A stretch of DNA of 64,000 nucleotides from Deltaproteobacteria bacterium (GTDB taxonomy: Bacteria; Myxococcota; Kuafuiibacteriia; Kuafuiibacteriales; Kuafuiibacteriaceae). This document shows positions 1 through 10,475 of the stretch, piece after piece. The position numbers were made by a program, and so were the translations under genes. The notes under the pieces were generated by a model. The model was not told the origin of the DNA. It did no database searches and saw only the letters and a program-made list of their open reading frames with translations. Positions within the stretch are counted from its first letter, which is position 1. Every line of letters starts with the position of its first letter. The DNA lies in NCBI GenBank assembly GCA_040218735.1, contig JAVJQW010000057.1, forward strand, positions 416,001-480,000. Direction: 5' to 3'.

Positions 1-3000
1 GTCAGCGAAAACGTCGTCTTCACGAACAACACCCCCGACGCGCTGATCGTCTCGATCGGCGCGGTCGTCGGCACGTCCGAGATCGTCATCACCAGCACCG
101 TCCCGGTGGACGGCGTGATGCTCGACCGCGGCGCGAGCTTCACGCTCACGTTCACCTACGCGCCGCAGACGGTCGGCGCGCAGCAGGCGACGGTCGACAT
201 CGACCTGTGCACCGGCGACTGCCCGGGCACCATCACGCTGAGCGGCGAAGGCATCCGCGAAGCGATCGTCTGCCAGCCCTCGACCCTCGACTTCGGCCTG
301 GTGAACCCGGGCGACTGCCTGACGATCGCGGAGGACTGCCTCAACGACTCGAGCTACGACGCGTCGATCGACGCCATCATGCTCTCGGGCAGCTCGTCCC
401 CCGCGTACACCGTGACCGGGACCTCGGCCGTCCCCGTGACCCTCGCGTCCGGACAGACCCAGAGCTTCGACGTCACCTACTGCCCGACCGACTTCGTGCA
501 GGACTCCGGCGTCCTGATCCTCGAGGTCTCGCACCCCGACCCCGCTCAGCGCAGCAAACGCATCGGCCTCGTCGGCGTGGGCGGCGGGCCGGACATCGAG
601 TGCGTGGGGACCGCCGACTTCGGGATCATCGGCACGGGCCAGACGGCTGGCCGCAACGTGACTTGCACGAACACCGGCGTCGACCCGCTCACGATCTCGG
701 CCGCCGACTTCGCCGCGGGGACGACGATGGAGATCACCGCGACGCTGACGGTCGCGGGGAGCACGACGGGCAGCACCCTCCCCATCGTGTTGGAGCAGAA
801 CGGCACGGTGGACATCGCGATGACCTACCGTCCGCTCGCGCCCGGCGCGCACACCACGACGTTCGACATCGCGAGCGACGACCGCGACACCCCCACCGTG
901 ACGATTGACGTGACCGCGGAGGCGATCGACTCCACGGGCTGCGCGATCGAGGTCGTCCCCGCGACGATCGAGTTCGGCGGTGTGGCCCCGGGGACGCCGT
1001 CGGAGGCGTCGGCGAACATCACCAACATCGGCACCGGCGTCTGCGCCGCGACGGTGGTCGGCCTCGCGGCCGGCAGCGACGCGCAGTTCGAAATCGTCGG
1101 CAACGCGCCGAGCGGGATCCTCAACGCGGGTGAGTCCCTCACGGTCACGGCGCGCTTCCTCCCGACGGCGGAGGCCGCCTACACCGGTGCGATCGACGTG
1201 CAGACCAGCGACCCGAACAACGCGGCGCCGACGATCGGCCTCGCGGGCACCGGCCTATCGCCGTTCGGCTCCGTACAGGCGAGCCCGACCTCGATCGACT
1301 TCGGCACCGTCGCGGTCGGTTGCTCGAACCAAGCCACCCGCACGTTCACGCTCACCAACTTCACCGGCGGCGCGGCGACGGTCGACGTCTCCGTCGAGGC
1401 CGGCTCCTCCGCGGACTTCGCCGTGGTCACCACGCCCGCGTCGTTCATGATCCCCGACGGCGGCGCGTCGACCGTGACGATCGGCTTCGTGCCCAGCGCG
1501 ATGCAGACGAGCCTCGGCCGCATCCGCGTGGACGTCATGGGGCTCCCGCCGCTGTTCGTCCCGGTGCGCGGCACCGGCGGCGCGATGCCGACGAACACCG
1601 AGACGTTCCCCGGCCAGCAGCCGGGCGTTCGCGACATCCTGTTCCTGATCGACGACTCCTGCTCGATGGCCGCAGAGCAGGCGCGCCTCGCGGACGTCGC
1701 GCCGATCTTCATCGACCGTGGTGACGTGTCCGGCGCCGACTACCACATGGCCGTCGCGACCACGGACCCGACGCCCGCCGTGCGCGGCACACTGCGCGGC
1801 AACCCGTCGGTGATCGACTGGATGTCGGCGTCCCGCGTCGAGGACCTCGTCGCGAACATCCAGCAAGGCACCGGCGGCTCCGGGAACGAGCAGGGCCTCC
1901 GCGGCGCCGCCGAGGCGGTGTCCAACCCGACGCTGATCGCCGGGGCCAACGCCGGCTTCCTGCGCAACAACGCGACGCTCACCGTCATCCTGATCTCCGA
2001 CGAGGAGGACAGCAGCCCGAACACCGTCGCGAGCTACCTGAGCGACATGGCGACGCGCCCCGTCGGGCTCCCCGGCTCCCTGCGCGTCTTCACGATCACC
2101 GGCGGCAACAACGGCTGCCAGGGCGGCGGCACCTCCGCGCAGGCCACGCAGCGGTACCCGCTCGCGGCGTCGCAGTCCGGCGGGTTCGACGCATCGATCT
2201 GCTCGCCGCAGTACAACGAAGTGATCACGCAGATCGCCGACGAGACGTTCGGCCTCGTCCGCGACACGTTCCAGCTCGGCAGCAACCCGGCGCCGGGCAC
2301 GGTGATGGTACGCGTGAACGGCGCGGTCGTCCCGACCGACACCGGCACGGTGGCGAACTGGGGCGTCGACTACACGACCGGGCAGGTCGTCTTTGCGCCG
2401 GGCCGCGCGCCCGCGACGACCGCCACGGTGGAGATCGACTACACCGGCGTGTGTGTCCCGAGCACGTGCGGCGACGGCACACCCGACGCCGCCGAGGAGT
2501 GCGACGACGGGAACGCGACCAACACCGACGCGTGCATCGACACGTGCTACGCCGCGTCCTGCGGCGATGGTTTCGTGCAGGCCGGCGTCGAGTTCTGCGA
2601 CGACGGCAACACGATCGTCGGCGACGGCTGCAACTTCATCTGCGGCATCGAAGAGTGCGGCAACGGCATCCTCGAGCCGCCCGAGACCTGCGACCTCGGC
2701 ACCGGCAACTCCGACACCGCGCCCGACACCTGCCGCACGACGTGCGCCGCGCCGTCCTGCGGCGACGCGGTGGTCGACACGGGCGAGCCCTGCGACGACG
2801 GCAACGGCTCCAACACCGACGCGTGCCTCGTGGGGTGCGTCGCCGCGACGTGCGGCGACGGCTTCGTGCAGCAAGGCGTCGAGGACTGCGACGATCAGAA
2901 CAACGACCCGAACGATCTTTGCGACCAGTGCCAGTACACGTTCGGCACGTTCACGATCACGAGCACACCCGGGATCGCGCTCGTCCCGCAGCAGGGCGGC

Positions 3001-3564
3001 ACGCCGCTGCAGTTCGCGCCGAACCTCGACGACGGCCTCGCCAACGTCACCATCGGCTTCCCGTTCGAGTACCTCGGTGTTCCGGTCACCGAGGTCGCGG
3101 TCGGGACGAACGGTTTCCTCACGTTCGAGATCTCCGGCACCGCGGCGGGCAACGATCCGATCCCCGACACCGACACGCCCAACGCGTTGATCGCCTGGTG
3201 GTGGGACGACCTCGACCTCCGGCTCCCGCTCACGCCCGCGGCGGTTACGGAGACCTCCCTGATCGGCACCGCGCCGAACCGCGTCCGCGTGTTCACGTTC
3301 CTGAACGTCCCGCGCTACCGCGGCAACTTCGCGAACCCGGCGCGCGGTGTGTTGCTGAACGCGGAGGTGCGCTTCTACGAGGGCACCAACGTCATCGAGG
3401 TGCACTACGGTCAGCTCGGGCTCTCCGGGACGCTGAACAACTTCGGCGCGACCGTCGGCTACGAGGTGCAGGGCGGCGTGTTCGGCGAGGACCCGCTCGG
3501 GTGCAGCCCGAACTGCAACCGCCAGCAGTGGCCGGACGACACGTTGTTCACCTACACGCCGTGA
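1..3564 (+). CDS. Large surface/adhesin-like protein (5'-truncated): tandem choice-of-anchor-D/ASH-like Ig domains, vWA domain, myxobacterial Cys-rich repeats, C-terminal NIDO-like domain
   Basis: Frame is open from base 1 ([12 protein letters not shown]...). Repeated 'P.tidFG.V..G' Ig units; '[12 protein letters not shown]' MIDAS-like vWA motif; several 'CGDG....E.CDDGN' repeats; 'DDG...[11 protein letters not shown]...VGTNGFLTF...IAWWWDDL' NIDO-like segment. Confidence 0.85.
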   Translation, partial: VSENVVFTNNTPDALIVSIGAVVGTSEIVITSTVPVDGVMLDRGASFTLTFTYAPQTVGAQQATVDIDLCTGDCPGTITLSGEGIREAIVCQPSTLDFGLVNPGDCLTIAEDCLNDSSYDASIDAIMLSGSSSPAYTVTGTSAVPVTLASGQTQSFDVTYCPTDFVQDSGVLILEVSHPDPAQRSKRIGLVGVGGGPDIECVGTADFGIIGTGQTAGRNVTCTNTGVDPLTISAADFAAGTTMEITATLTVAGSTTGSTLPIVLEQNGTVDIAMTYRPLAPGAHTTTFDIASDDRDTPTVTIDVTAEAIDSTGCAIEVVPATIEFGGVAPGTPSEASANITNIGTGVCAATVVGLAAGSDAQFEIVGNAPSGILNAGESLTVTARFLPTAEAAYTGAIDVQTSDPNNAAPTIGLAGTGLSPFGSVQASPTSIDFGTVAVGCSNQATRTFTLTNFTGGAATVDVSVEAGSSADFAVVTTPASFMIPDGGASTVTIGFVPSAMQTSLGRIRVDVMGLPPLFVPVRGTGGAMPTNTETFPGQQPGVRDILFLIDDSCSMAAEQARLADVAPIFIDRGDVSGADYHMAVATTDPTPAVRGTLRGNPSVIDWMSASRVEDLVANIQQGTGGSGNEQGLRGAAEAVSNPTLIAGANAGFLRNNATLTVILISDEEDSSPNTVASYLSDMATRPVGLPGSLRVFTITGGNNGCQGGGTSAQATQRYPLAASQSGGFDASICSPQYNEVITQIADETFGLVRDTFQLGSNPAPGTVMVRVNGAVVPTDTGTVANWGVDYTTGQVVFAPGRAPATTATVEIDYTGVCVPSTCGDGTPDAAEECDDGNATNTDACIDTCYAASCGDGFVQAGVEFCDDGNTIVGDGCNFICGIEECGNGILEPPETCDLGTGNSDTAPDTCRTTCAAPSCGDAVVDTGEPCDDGNGSNTDACLVGCVAATCGDGFVQQGVEDCDDQNNDPNDLCDQCQYTFGTFTITSTPGIALVPQQGGTPLQFAPNLDDGLANVTIGFPFEYLGVPVTEVAVGTNGFLTFEISGTAAGNDPIPDTDTPNALIAWWWDDLDLRLPLTPAAVTETSLIGTAPNRVRVFTFLNVPRYRGNFANPARGVLLNAEVRFYEGTNVIEVHYGQLGLSGTLNNFGATVGYEVQGGVFGEDPLGCSPNCNRQQWPDDTLFTYTP

Positions 3565-3568
3565 TGGT

Positions 3569-3724
3569 CGGTACCCCGAGGATCTCGTGATCCTCGCCTT
3601 CCCCTGCAACCAGTTCGGCGCCCAGGAGCCCAAGTCCAACGCGGAGATCTTCGAATTCGCGACGTCGAAGTACGACGTGAACTTCCCGATGTTCGAGACA
3701 CCGGATCAAATCGCGTTGCCGTAG
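3569..3724 (+). pseudogene. Internal fragment of a glutathione peroxidase gene
   Basis: Intergenic frame reads [43 protein letters not shown] then diverges to TAG. This carries the GPx 'FPCNQFG.QEP' and 'FPMF' signatures, but has no N-terminal catalytic region and no C-terminus. Confidence 0.85.
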
Positions 3725-3751
3725 TCGGGCACGTCACGGGTCCAACCCGAC

Positions 3752-4888
3752 GTGAAGCGACTACTGCCCCTCCTCGCCCTCACCTTCAGCTGCGGCGCGC
3801 CCGCCGAGTACGGCACCACTACGCGCCGCATCATCGAGGGCCAGCCCGCCACCCGCGCGGAGCACCCCGCGACGGTGGCGCTTCTGTTCGTCGAGAAGGA
3901 GCCCGGCTACGACGACTTCGCGGGCGTCGGGTGCACCGGCACCCTCGTCGCGCCGGACGTGATCCTGACCGCCGCGCACTGCACCGTCGACGAAGCCGAG
4001 CTCGCCGACTACCCCGGGCTCACGGTCGAGACCTACGTGTCCTGGGACGCCGACCTCGGTGACTTCGGGCTCACCACGATGGAGCTCCCCGCGGACGCCA
4101 TCGAAGTGACGGAGCAGATCCGCCACCCGCAGTACCTCGGCGACGCCGTCGAGGTGTCGCCGGGCCTCGGTGAGGATCGCGACATCGGCCTTTTGCTCCT
4201 CGGTCAACGCGCCGGAGCGCCGCTCGCGGAGCTCCCGTCCCCCGCCGCCGACGCACGCGTGCAGACCGGAGAGCCGGTGATGATCGTCGGCTACGGACAG
4301 CGCGAGCGGCAGGCCGACTCCGAGCTCTACGGCGCGAAGTACGCGGCGTCGACGTTCATCCAGGAGGTCGGAGCGCTCGAGATGCAGGTCGGCGGGACGC
4401 GCGACTCGACGACCGTCGGACCGAGCAAGTGTTACGGCGACTCCGGCGGACCGACGTACCTCGAACACGACGGCGCCCCCGTCGTCGTCGGCGTGACGAG
4501 TCGTTCGTACAACCTGCACGAAGACTGCGACGAAGCGGGCGTCGACACGCGCGTCGGTCCGTTCGTCGAGTGGATCCACGAGACGATGGACGCGTGGTGC
4601 GCCGCCGGCCTGCGCTCCGTGGACTGCGATCCGACGATGCCTCCGGTGGAGGAGCCGCCGGTCGAGGAGCCCCCGGTCGAGGAGCCGCCCGTGGAGGAGC
4701 CCCCGGTCATGGAGGAGCCGCCCGTAATGCAACCGCCGCAGCCGACGCCCCCCGTGAACGAGGAGGACCCGGTGATGCGCGGGGAGATCCAGACACTGGA
4801 GCCGCAGGGCTGCACGTCGGCCGGCGCGGCGGGGTTCGGGGCGCTGTGGGTCCTCTTCCCGGTGCTCTGGCTCGCGCGCCGCCGCTGA
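3752..4888 (+). CDS. Trypsin-like (S1) serine protease with Pro/Glu linker and MYXO-CTERM-type C-terminal anchor
   Basis: Signal/lipobox (LTFSC); 'RIIEG'; LTAAHC, DIGL and GDSGGP triad motifs; C-terminal GCTS + hydrophobic stretch + RRR. Confidence 0.92.
   Translation: MKRLLPLLALTFSCGAPAEYGTTTRRIIEGQPATRAEHPATVALLFVEKEPGYDDFAGVGCTGTLVAPDVILTAAHCTVDEAELADYPGLTVETYVSWDADLGDFGLTTMELPADAIEVTEQIRHPQYLGDAVEVSPGLGEDRDIGLLLLGQRAGAPLAELPSPAADARVQTGEPVMIVGYGQRERQADSELYGAKYAASTFIQEVGALEMQVGGTRDSTTVGPSKCYGDSGGPTYLEHDGAPVVVGVTSRSYNLHEDCDEAGVDTRVGPFVEWIHETMDAWCAAGLRSVDCDPTMPPVEEPPVEEPPVEEPPVEEPPVMEEPPVMQPPQPTPPVNEEDPVMRGEIQTLEPQGCTSAGAAGFGALWVLFPVLWLARRR
4643..4725 (+). repeat. About 5 coding 15-bp tandem repeats (PVEEP linker)
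   Basis: ccggt(g/c)gaggagcc(g/c) units within the protease gene. Confidence 0.85.
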
Positions 4889-4964
4889 GACGTTCAGGCT
4901 TCGTCAGAAGCGGCGCGTGATTCGCCGATGCGGCTTCGCGCGCCGCCGCGTAGGCTGTCGAGCG

Positions 4965-6446
4965 ATGACCTCGCTCCTCGAAGTCCCCGGCCGCGTCCTC
5001 GCCACCGAGTCCAAGACCGTCGTGCCGCACGCGTTCGACGTCCCCGCTGGCGTCGATGCGCTCGAGCTCGCGTTCGACTACGGGCCGCGCCGCTGCGTCG
5101 ACGTCGACGTGGTCCGCCCGCTCGTCCGCGACGCGATCGAGACACACCTCGCGACGTGCTCACCCGCCCGCCGCGCGGAGGTCGAGCCACGACTCGAAGA
5201 GCTCGAGTCCCGCATCACGCAGAGCGGCCTCAACAACCTCCTCAACGTCACACTGATCGATCCGAGCGGCGTGTGGCGTGGTCGATGGGATCGCAACCCG
5301 TCCTCCGCGAGCGGGACGCTGACGTTGTCCGCCGAGGGCGCGTCGAAGGGCTTCATCCCCGGCGCGATCGAAGCCGGGCGATGGACGGCGGTCGTCGAGG
5401 TGCACGGGGTGTTCGGCGCACCGGTGGACTACCAGCTTCGGATCGACAGCGGCGTAGCGCGCGCGCCGGCTCCGGTCGCGACGACCGACATCGAACCCGG
5501 GCGACCGCACCGCGAGACGTGGGGCGACGCGGGGCGACGGTGGTTCCTCGGCGAGATGCACTCCCACTCCCACCACAGCGACGGCGCACACGAGATCGTC
5601 GAGCTCGCGCACCGCGCGAGCCGCATCGGCCTCGACTTCCTCTGCATCACGGACCACAACGCGACCTCCGGCTTCGCCGAGCTCGACGATCTCCCAATCA
5701 CCATCGTGCGCGGCTCGGAGCTCACGACGTTCTTCGGGCACGCGCCGATCTACGGCCTCGACCGCACCGAGCCCTGGCACGAAGACGGCGCGGTGCTCCC
5801 GTTCGCCACCGTCGCGCGGCGCGCTCGCGATCGCGGCGCGATCGTCTCGGTGGCGCACCCGTTCAAGCTCGGCGATCCGCTGTGTACGGGGTGCCGCATG
5901 ACGTCGGACTATGCGCCCGACGATGTGAACGCGATGGAGGTCTGGTACCGCACGTGGGACGGCGCCGACTGGGACAACCGCGCGGCGTACGCGGCGTGGA
6001 ACGCGGCGTGGGCGGCCGGCCACCGCCTCACCGCGGTCGCGGCGCGGGACTGGCACGGCCCGGCGCAGGAGACGCCGTTCCCGGGGGACGCTCCGTTCAC
6101 CGCGATCCTCGCGGACGACGCTTCGGAGGCGTCGATCCTCGCGGGGCTGCGCGCGGGGCGCGTGATCATGACCGGCGGTCCGCTGCTCACGCTCGATCTC
6201 GAGGACGCCACGATCGGCGACGTCGTCGAGCACCGCCCCGGGCGCCGCTTCACGTGCCGCGTCGAAGGACGCGACCGTGGCTCGCACCTCACCGTCTACC
6301 GCAACAACGAGAAGTTCTTCATGACGCCGGTCGTCGAGAACGGGACGACGATCGTCTCCGGCGAGGTCACGCCCGGGTGGTATCGCGCAGAGCTGTGGCT
6401 CGACGGTGCGCCGCGCGCGATCACGAACCACGTGGTGGTCGAATGA
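4965..6446 (+). CDS. PHP-domain metallohydrolase (CehA/McbA-like)
   Basis: HSHSHHSDG, ITDHN, AHP and DWH metal-binding motifs. Start placed at ATG 4965, 8 nt after TAGGCT. Confidence 0.85.
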   Translation: MTSLLEVPGRVLATESKTVVPHAFDVPAGVDALELAFDYGPRRCVDVDVVRPLVRDAIETHLATCSPARRAEVEPRLEELESRITQSGLNNLLNVTLIDPSGVWRGRWDRNPSSASGTLTLSAEGASKGFIPGAIEAGRWTAVVEVHGVFGAPVDYQLRIDSGVARAPAPVATTDIEPGRPHRETWGDAGRRWFLGEMHSHSHHSDGAHEIVELAHRASRIGLDFLCITDHNATSGFAELDDLPITIVRGSELTTFFGHAPIYGLDRTEPWHEDGAVLPFATVARRARDRGAIVSVAHPFKLGDPLCTGCRMTSDYAPDDVNAMEVWYRTWDGADWDNRAAYAAWNAAWAAGHRLTAVAARDWHGPAQETPFPGDAPFTAILADDASEASILAGLRAGRVIMTGGPLLTLDLEDATIGDVVEHRPGRRFTCRVEGRDRGSHLTVYRNNEKFFMTPVVENGTTIVSGEVTPGWYRAELWLDGAPRAITNHVVVE

Positions 6447-9400
6447 TCGAACATCGGATGCAAGCGCTCGAAGAGCGTATCGTCGAGCTGGAGTCGTTCG
6501 CCGATCGGCAACGCCTCGCGCTGGACGGTACGTTCACGTTCGGCGGCGAGACGGTACCCATCCGTGTCGGCGACGCGTGGCCGCGGCGCGGTCTGCAGAT
6601 CGCGATGCGGTTCGAAGCAAAGGTGCCCGACGACTGGAGCGGGCCCGTCCGCGTCCGCCTGCGCTGCGGCGGCGAAGCGTTGCTGCGCATCGACGGTCAG
6701 GCGCGCTTCGGCCTGAACCGCTACCACGACGAGGTGCTGCTCACCGACGACGCCCACGGTGAAGTCTTCACGATCGACGTCGACGCCGTGCCGCGCGACC
6801 TCCTCGGCACACCGACGAAGACCCCGCACCTCGACGAGGCCGCGCTGATCCTTCCCGACCTCGTGGTGCGCGAGATGTACGTGACCGCCGCCGCCACACT
6901 CTCCGCCGCACGAACGCTCGCGGCGCGCGCACACCCCGCGGCGCCCGAGCTCCTCGACGCCCTCGAACGCGCGCTCATCGCAATGGAGCTGCCGCGTGGC
7001 CCGACCGACGCGTACCTCGCGCGCCTCGCAACGCTGACCCCCGCGCCGGACGTCGAAGCCGGCGCCATGCATTCGCGCGCCGCGCACCAGATCCAGACGC
7101 TTTGGGAGGAGACGAAGTTCGAAGCGACGCCGCTCGCGCTCGACGCAGAGTGCCACGCGCGCATCGACGCTGCGCACGGGGCCTTGCGCTTCGAGCTCGA
7201 CCGCCTCGTGCAGCGCTACCCGACGGAGGGTCGCGTCAACCTCGTCGGTCACTCACACATCGACGTCGCGTGGCTCTGGCCTATCGACGAGACCCGCCGC
7301 AAAGCGCGCCGCACGTTCGCCACGGCGGTGGAGCTGCTCGACCAGCACCCTGGCTTTCGGTTCGCGCAGTCGAGCGCGGTCTTCTACGCGTGGGTCGAAG
7401 AAGACGATCCGGCGCTCTTCGCGCGCGTCCGCGCGCACGTCGAGGCGGGGCGCTGGGCGATCGTCGGCGGCTCGTGGGTCGAGCCGGACGGCAACATCAC
7501 ATCGGGTGAATCGACGGTGCGTCAGTTCCTCTACGGGCAGCGCTACTTCGCGTCGCGCTTCGGGCGCACCGCGAACATCGGCTGGCTCCCCGACACGTTC
7601 GGGTACGCGGCGAACCTCCCGCAGCTCTTCGCCGGCGCCGGCATGCCATACTTCACGACGACGAAGCTGCACTGGAACGAGACGAACCCGTTCCCGAACG
7701 ACGTCTACCGGTGGGAGGGGCTCGACGGCACCTCGGTCGTCGCGCACACGTACAAGAACCTCAACGCCGACATCCTGGATCCGCGCCACGCCGACGACGC
7801 GTGGCGAGGCTTTCGACAGAAGGCGCTCGCCGACCGCACCATGATGACGTTCGGCTGGGGCGACGGCGGCGGCGGGCCGACGGAGCCGATGGTCGAGACG
7901 TTCGCGCGTCACCGTCGCTGCGCGGCGCTGCCCGAGCTCACGATGGACCCACCCGAGGTCGCGTTCACCGGCCTCGACGCCAGCGAGCTCCCGGTGTGGC
8001 GCGGCGAGAAGTACCTCGAGTTCCACCGCGGAACGTTCACCGCGCAGGAACGTTTGAAGCGCCTCGTGCGCCGCCTCGACAGACGCGTGGTCGAAGCGGA
8101 GATCACCGCCGCGCTCGCGTGGCGCGACCGCGATCGGGAGTACCCGCGCGACGCGATCGACGACGCCTGGCGGACGCTCCTCGTGAACGAGTTCCACGAC
8201 ATCCTCCCCGGCTCGTGCATCGCTACGGTCGCTCGCGAGGCGGAGACGGAGCTCGCGGCCGCGCTCGAAACGTCGACGCGACTCCGCGACGAAGCGCTCG
8301 GGGCGCTGGTCGGTGGCGAGGGGCCCGAGCGGCTCGTCGTCTTCAACCTCTCGCTCGAAGATCGACCGCTCGTGGTCGAGGTGCCCGACGCACCCGGTGT
8401 GAAGGGCCAGGCGACGGACAACGGTGTCCTCGTCGTGAGTGATGCGTCGGTGCCGGGGCTCGGGTTCGCGGTGGTGGATTCGGTGACGGCGCCGCCGCCG
8501 GTGCGCGCGGACGGCACGGCCCTCGACAACGGGCGCCTGCGGATCGAGGTCGCCGACGACGGCACTTTCACGCTCTTCGACCTCGAACACGAGCGCGAGG
8601 TCTTCACGGATCGCGGCAACCAGATCTTCGCCTACGAGGATCTGCCGCGCGCCTACGAAGCCTGGGAGATCGACGAGCGCTACGAGGAAGGCGGGCGAGA
8701 GCTCGTCGCCACCGAGCCGCCGGTCGTCACCGAGTCGGGTCCGCTGCGCGCGAGCGTTTGCGTCGTCCGCCGCGCGCGCGACGGCGTCATCACGCAGCAC
8801 TACCGGCTCGTCGCGGGCGCGCGGCGGGTCGACATCGAGACCCACATCGCGTGGAACGGGCGACGCACGATGCTGCGCGCGAAGGTGCCCGTCGCGGTGC
8901 ACGCCACCGACGCCACCTTCGAGACGCCGTTCGGCGCGGTGACGCGCCCGGTGCACACCAACACGTCGTGGGACCGCGCGAAGTTCGAGGTCCCGGCGAT
9001 GCGTTGGGCGGACCTCTCCGAGCACGGGTACGGCGTGAGCCTTTTGAACGACGGCCTGCACGGCTACGCCGCACGCGGCGGGACGCTGTCGCTGACGTTG
9101 ATGCGCACGCCGATCTATCCGGACCCGACCGCCGGCGATGGTGAGCACCGCTTCACCTACGCGGTGCACCCACACGCGGGGCCGTGGCAGGACTCGACGC
9201 TCCGCGAAGCCGACGCGCTCGACGCGCCGCTCGTCGCCCACGTCATGAAGACTGGAGCGACGACGACGCGGTGGCTGTCGATCGACACGCCGCACCTGCG
9301 ACTCGCCGCGCTGAAGAAGGCCGAGGAGGGAGACGCGCTCGTCCTCCGTCTCTACGAGGGCACCGGCGCGCGCGGCACGGCGCGGTTGGCGGACACCCGC

Positions 9401-9496
9401 GTGCGGCCGACGGATCTGTTGGAGCAGCCGACGGGCGAAGCCACGGAGGCGTTCACGTATACGCCGTGGCGCGTGCTGACGTTCCGCACCGACTGA
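6443..9496 (+). CDS. Alpha-mannosidase, glycoside hydrolase family 38
   Basis: HSHIDVAWLWP, WLPDTFG, YLEFHRG and FHDILPG motifs. ATG 6443 overlaps the upstream TGA (ATGA). Confidence 0.93.
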   Translation: MIEHRMQALEERIVELESFADRQRLALDGTFTFGGETVPIRVGDAWPRRGLQIAMRFEAKVPDDWSGPVRVRLRCGGEALLRIDGQARFGLNRYHDEVLLTDDAHGEVFTIDVDAVPRDLLGTPTKTPHLDEAALILPDLVVREMYVTAAATLSAARTLAARAHPAAPELLDALERALIAMELPRGPTDAYLARLATLTPAPDVEAGAMHSRAAHQIQTLWEETKFEATPLALDAECHARIDAAHGALRFELDRLVQRYPTEGRVNLVGHSHIDVAWLWPIDETRRKARRTFATAVELLDQHPGFRFAQSSAVFYAWVEEDDPALFARVRAHVEAGRWAIVGGSWVEPDGNITSGESTVRQFLYGQRYFASRFGRTANIGWLPDTFGYAANLPQLFAGAGMPYFTTTKLHWNETNPFPNDVYRWEGLDGTSVVAHTYKNLNADILDPRHADDAWRGFRQKALADRTMMTFGWGDGGGGPTEPMVETFARHRRCAALPELTMDPPEVAFTGLDASELPVWRGEKYLEFHRGTFTAQERLKRLVRRLDRRVVEAEITAALAWRDRDREYPRDAIDDAWRTLLVNEFHDILPGSCIATVAREAETELAAALETSTRLRDEALGALVGGEGPERLVVFNLSLEDRPLVVEVPDAPGVKGQATDNGVLVVSDASVPGLGFAVVDSVTAPPPVRADGTALDNGRLRIEVADDGTFTLFDLEHEREVFTDRGNQIFAYEDLPRAYEAWEIDERYEEGGRELVATEPPVVTESGPLRASVCVVRRARDGVITQHYRLVAGARRVDIETHIAWNGRRTMLRAKVPVAVHATDATFETPFGAVTRPVHTNTSWDRAKFEVPAMRWADLSEHGYGVSLLNDGLHGYAARGGTLSLTLMRTPIYPDPTAGDGEHRFTYAVHPHAGPWQDSTLREADALDAPLVAHVMKTGATTTRWLSIDTPHLRLAALKKAEEGDALVLRLYEGTGARGTARLADTRVRPTDLLEQPTGEATEAFTYTPWRVLTFRTD

Positions 9497-10417
9497 TCAC
9501 GTCGCCCAAACCTCCTTCGACACCGCCGCGAGGCGCTCCCGCACGAAGCGGTGCACGGGATCCGTGTGGCTGCGTTCGTGCCACACGAGATCGACGGGCT
9601 GTCGCACCAGCCCACGCGGCGCACGGAAGGTTCGCAGCTTGCTGCGCTCCGGCGTCCGCCGGGCGAGCGGCTCCGGAACGTAGGCGACCAAGTCCGTCTG
9701 CGCGACCAAGGACGGAACGGCGGTGTACATCGGCACCGCCGCCACGACGCGACGACGCCGGCCCCGCGCCGCAAGCGCGCCGTCGAGGGGCCCCTCCGTC
9801 CGACCCGACGAGGAGACGATCACAAAACGCTCACGGTGAGGCTGCGGACGTTTCGCGGCGAACATCTGATGTTTGCGGCGCGCGATCCCCACGAAGGCGA
9901 CATGCCCCAACGGAGCCCGCCTCAGGTCGCGCGGCGGCGCGCCGAGGTTCGTGAGCGACAGGTCGATCTCGGAGCGACGCAGCCGCTCGATCTCCTCCTC
10001 GACGACGGTCCACTCGCGACACACCAGCGTCACGCCCGGCGCGTCCTTGGCGAGCTCGGCGAGGAGCGCGGGGAGCAAGGTCGTCATCGCGAGGTCCATC
10101 ATCGAGACGCGCAGCGTCCGTTCGACGTCCGCGATCTTCGTCTCCTCGGCCGGTGCGGTGAGTCCGCGGATCTCCGACAGCACGCGCCCGAGCGGCTCCG
10201 CGATCGCCTCGGCGCGCGGCGTCCGCTTCATCGTGCGTCCGTGGCGTTCGAGGAGCGGGTCGTCGAACAGCGAGCGCAGCCGAGACAGCGCGTGACTCAC
10301 CGCCGGCTGCGTCATCGCGAGGCGACGCGCGGCGCGGGTCACGCTGTGCTCTTCGAGGAGCGCCTCGAGGACGACGAGCAGGTTCAGGTCGACGCCTCTG
10401 AGATTCTCGGTGTGCAT
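9497..10417 (-). CDS. LysR-family transcriptional regulator
   Basis: DLNLLVVLEALL..SVTRAARRLAMTQPAVSHALSRLR HTH; divergent from the hydrolase gene. Confidence 0.95.
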   Translation of the reverse strand: MHTENLRGVDLNLLVVLEALLEEHSVTRAARRLAMTQPAVSHALSRLRSLFDDPLLERHGRTMKRTPRAEAIAEPLGRVLSEIRGLTAPAEETKIADVERTLRVSMMDLAMTTLLPALLAELAKDAPGVTLVCREWTVVEEEIERLRRSEIDLSLTNLGAPPRDLRRAPLGHVAFVGIARRKHQMFAAKRPQPHRERFVIVSSSGRTEGPLDGALAARGRRRRVVAAVPMYTAVPSLVAQTDLVAYVPEPLARRTPERSKLRTFRAPRGLVRQPVDLVWHERSHTDPVHRFVRERLAAVSKEVWAT

Positions 10418-10475
10418 GGAACATCATACAAAACATCGATTGGATTCATGAGCGAGTGGCGGCTATCGTCCGCGT

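Noticed and set aside
3500-3724. Selenocysteine read-through producing a full GPx
   Set aside because: The upstream sequence in the GPx frame is not GPx-like and lies inside the adhesin gene; the adhesin TGA is in a different frame
4928-9496. 1522-aa ORF suggesting a giant fused mannosidase
   Set aside because: The first 505 codons are an Arg-rich off-frame shadow of the PHP gene; the real GH38 starts at the ATGA overlap at 6443
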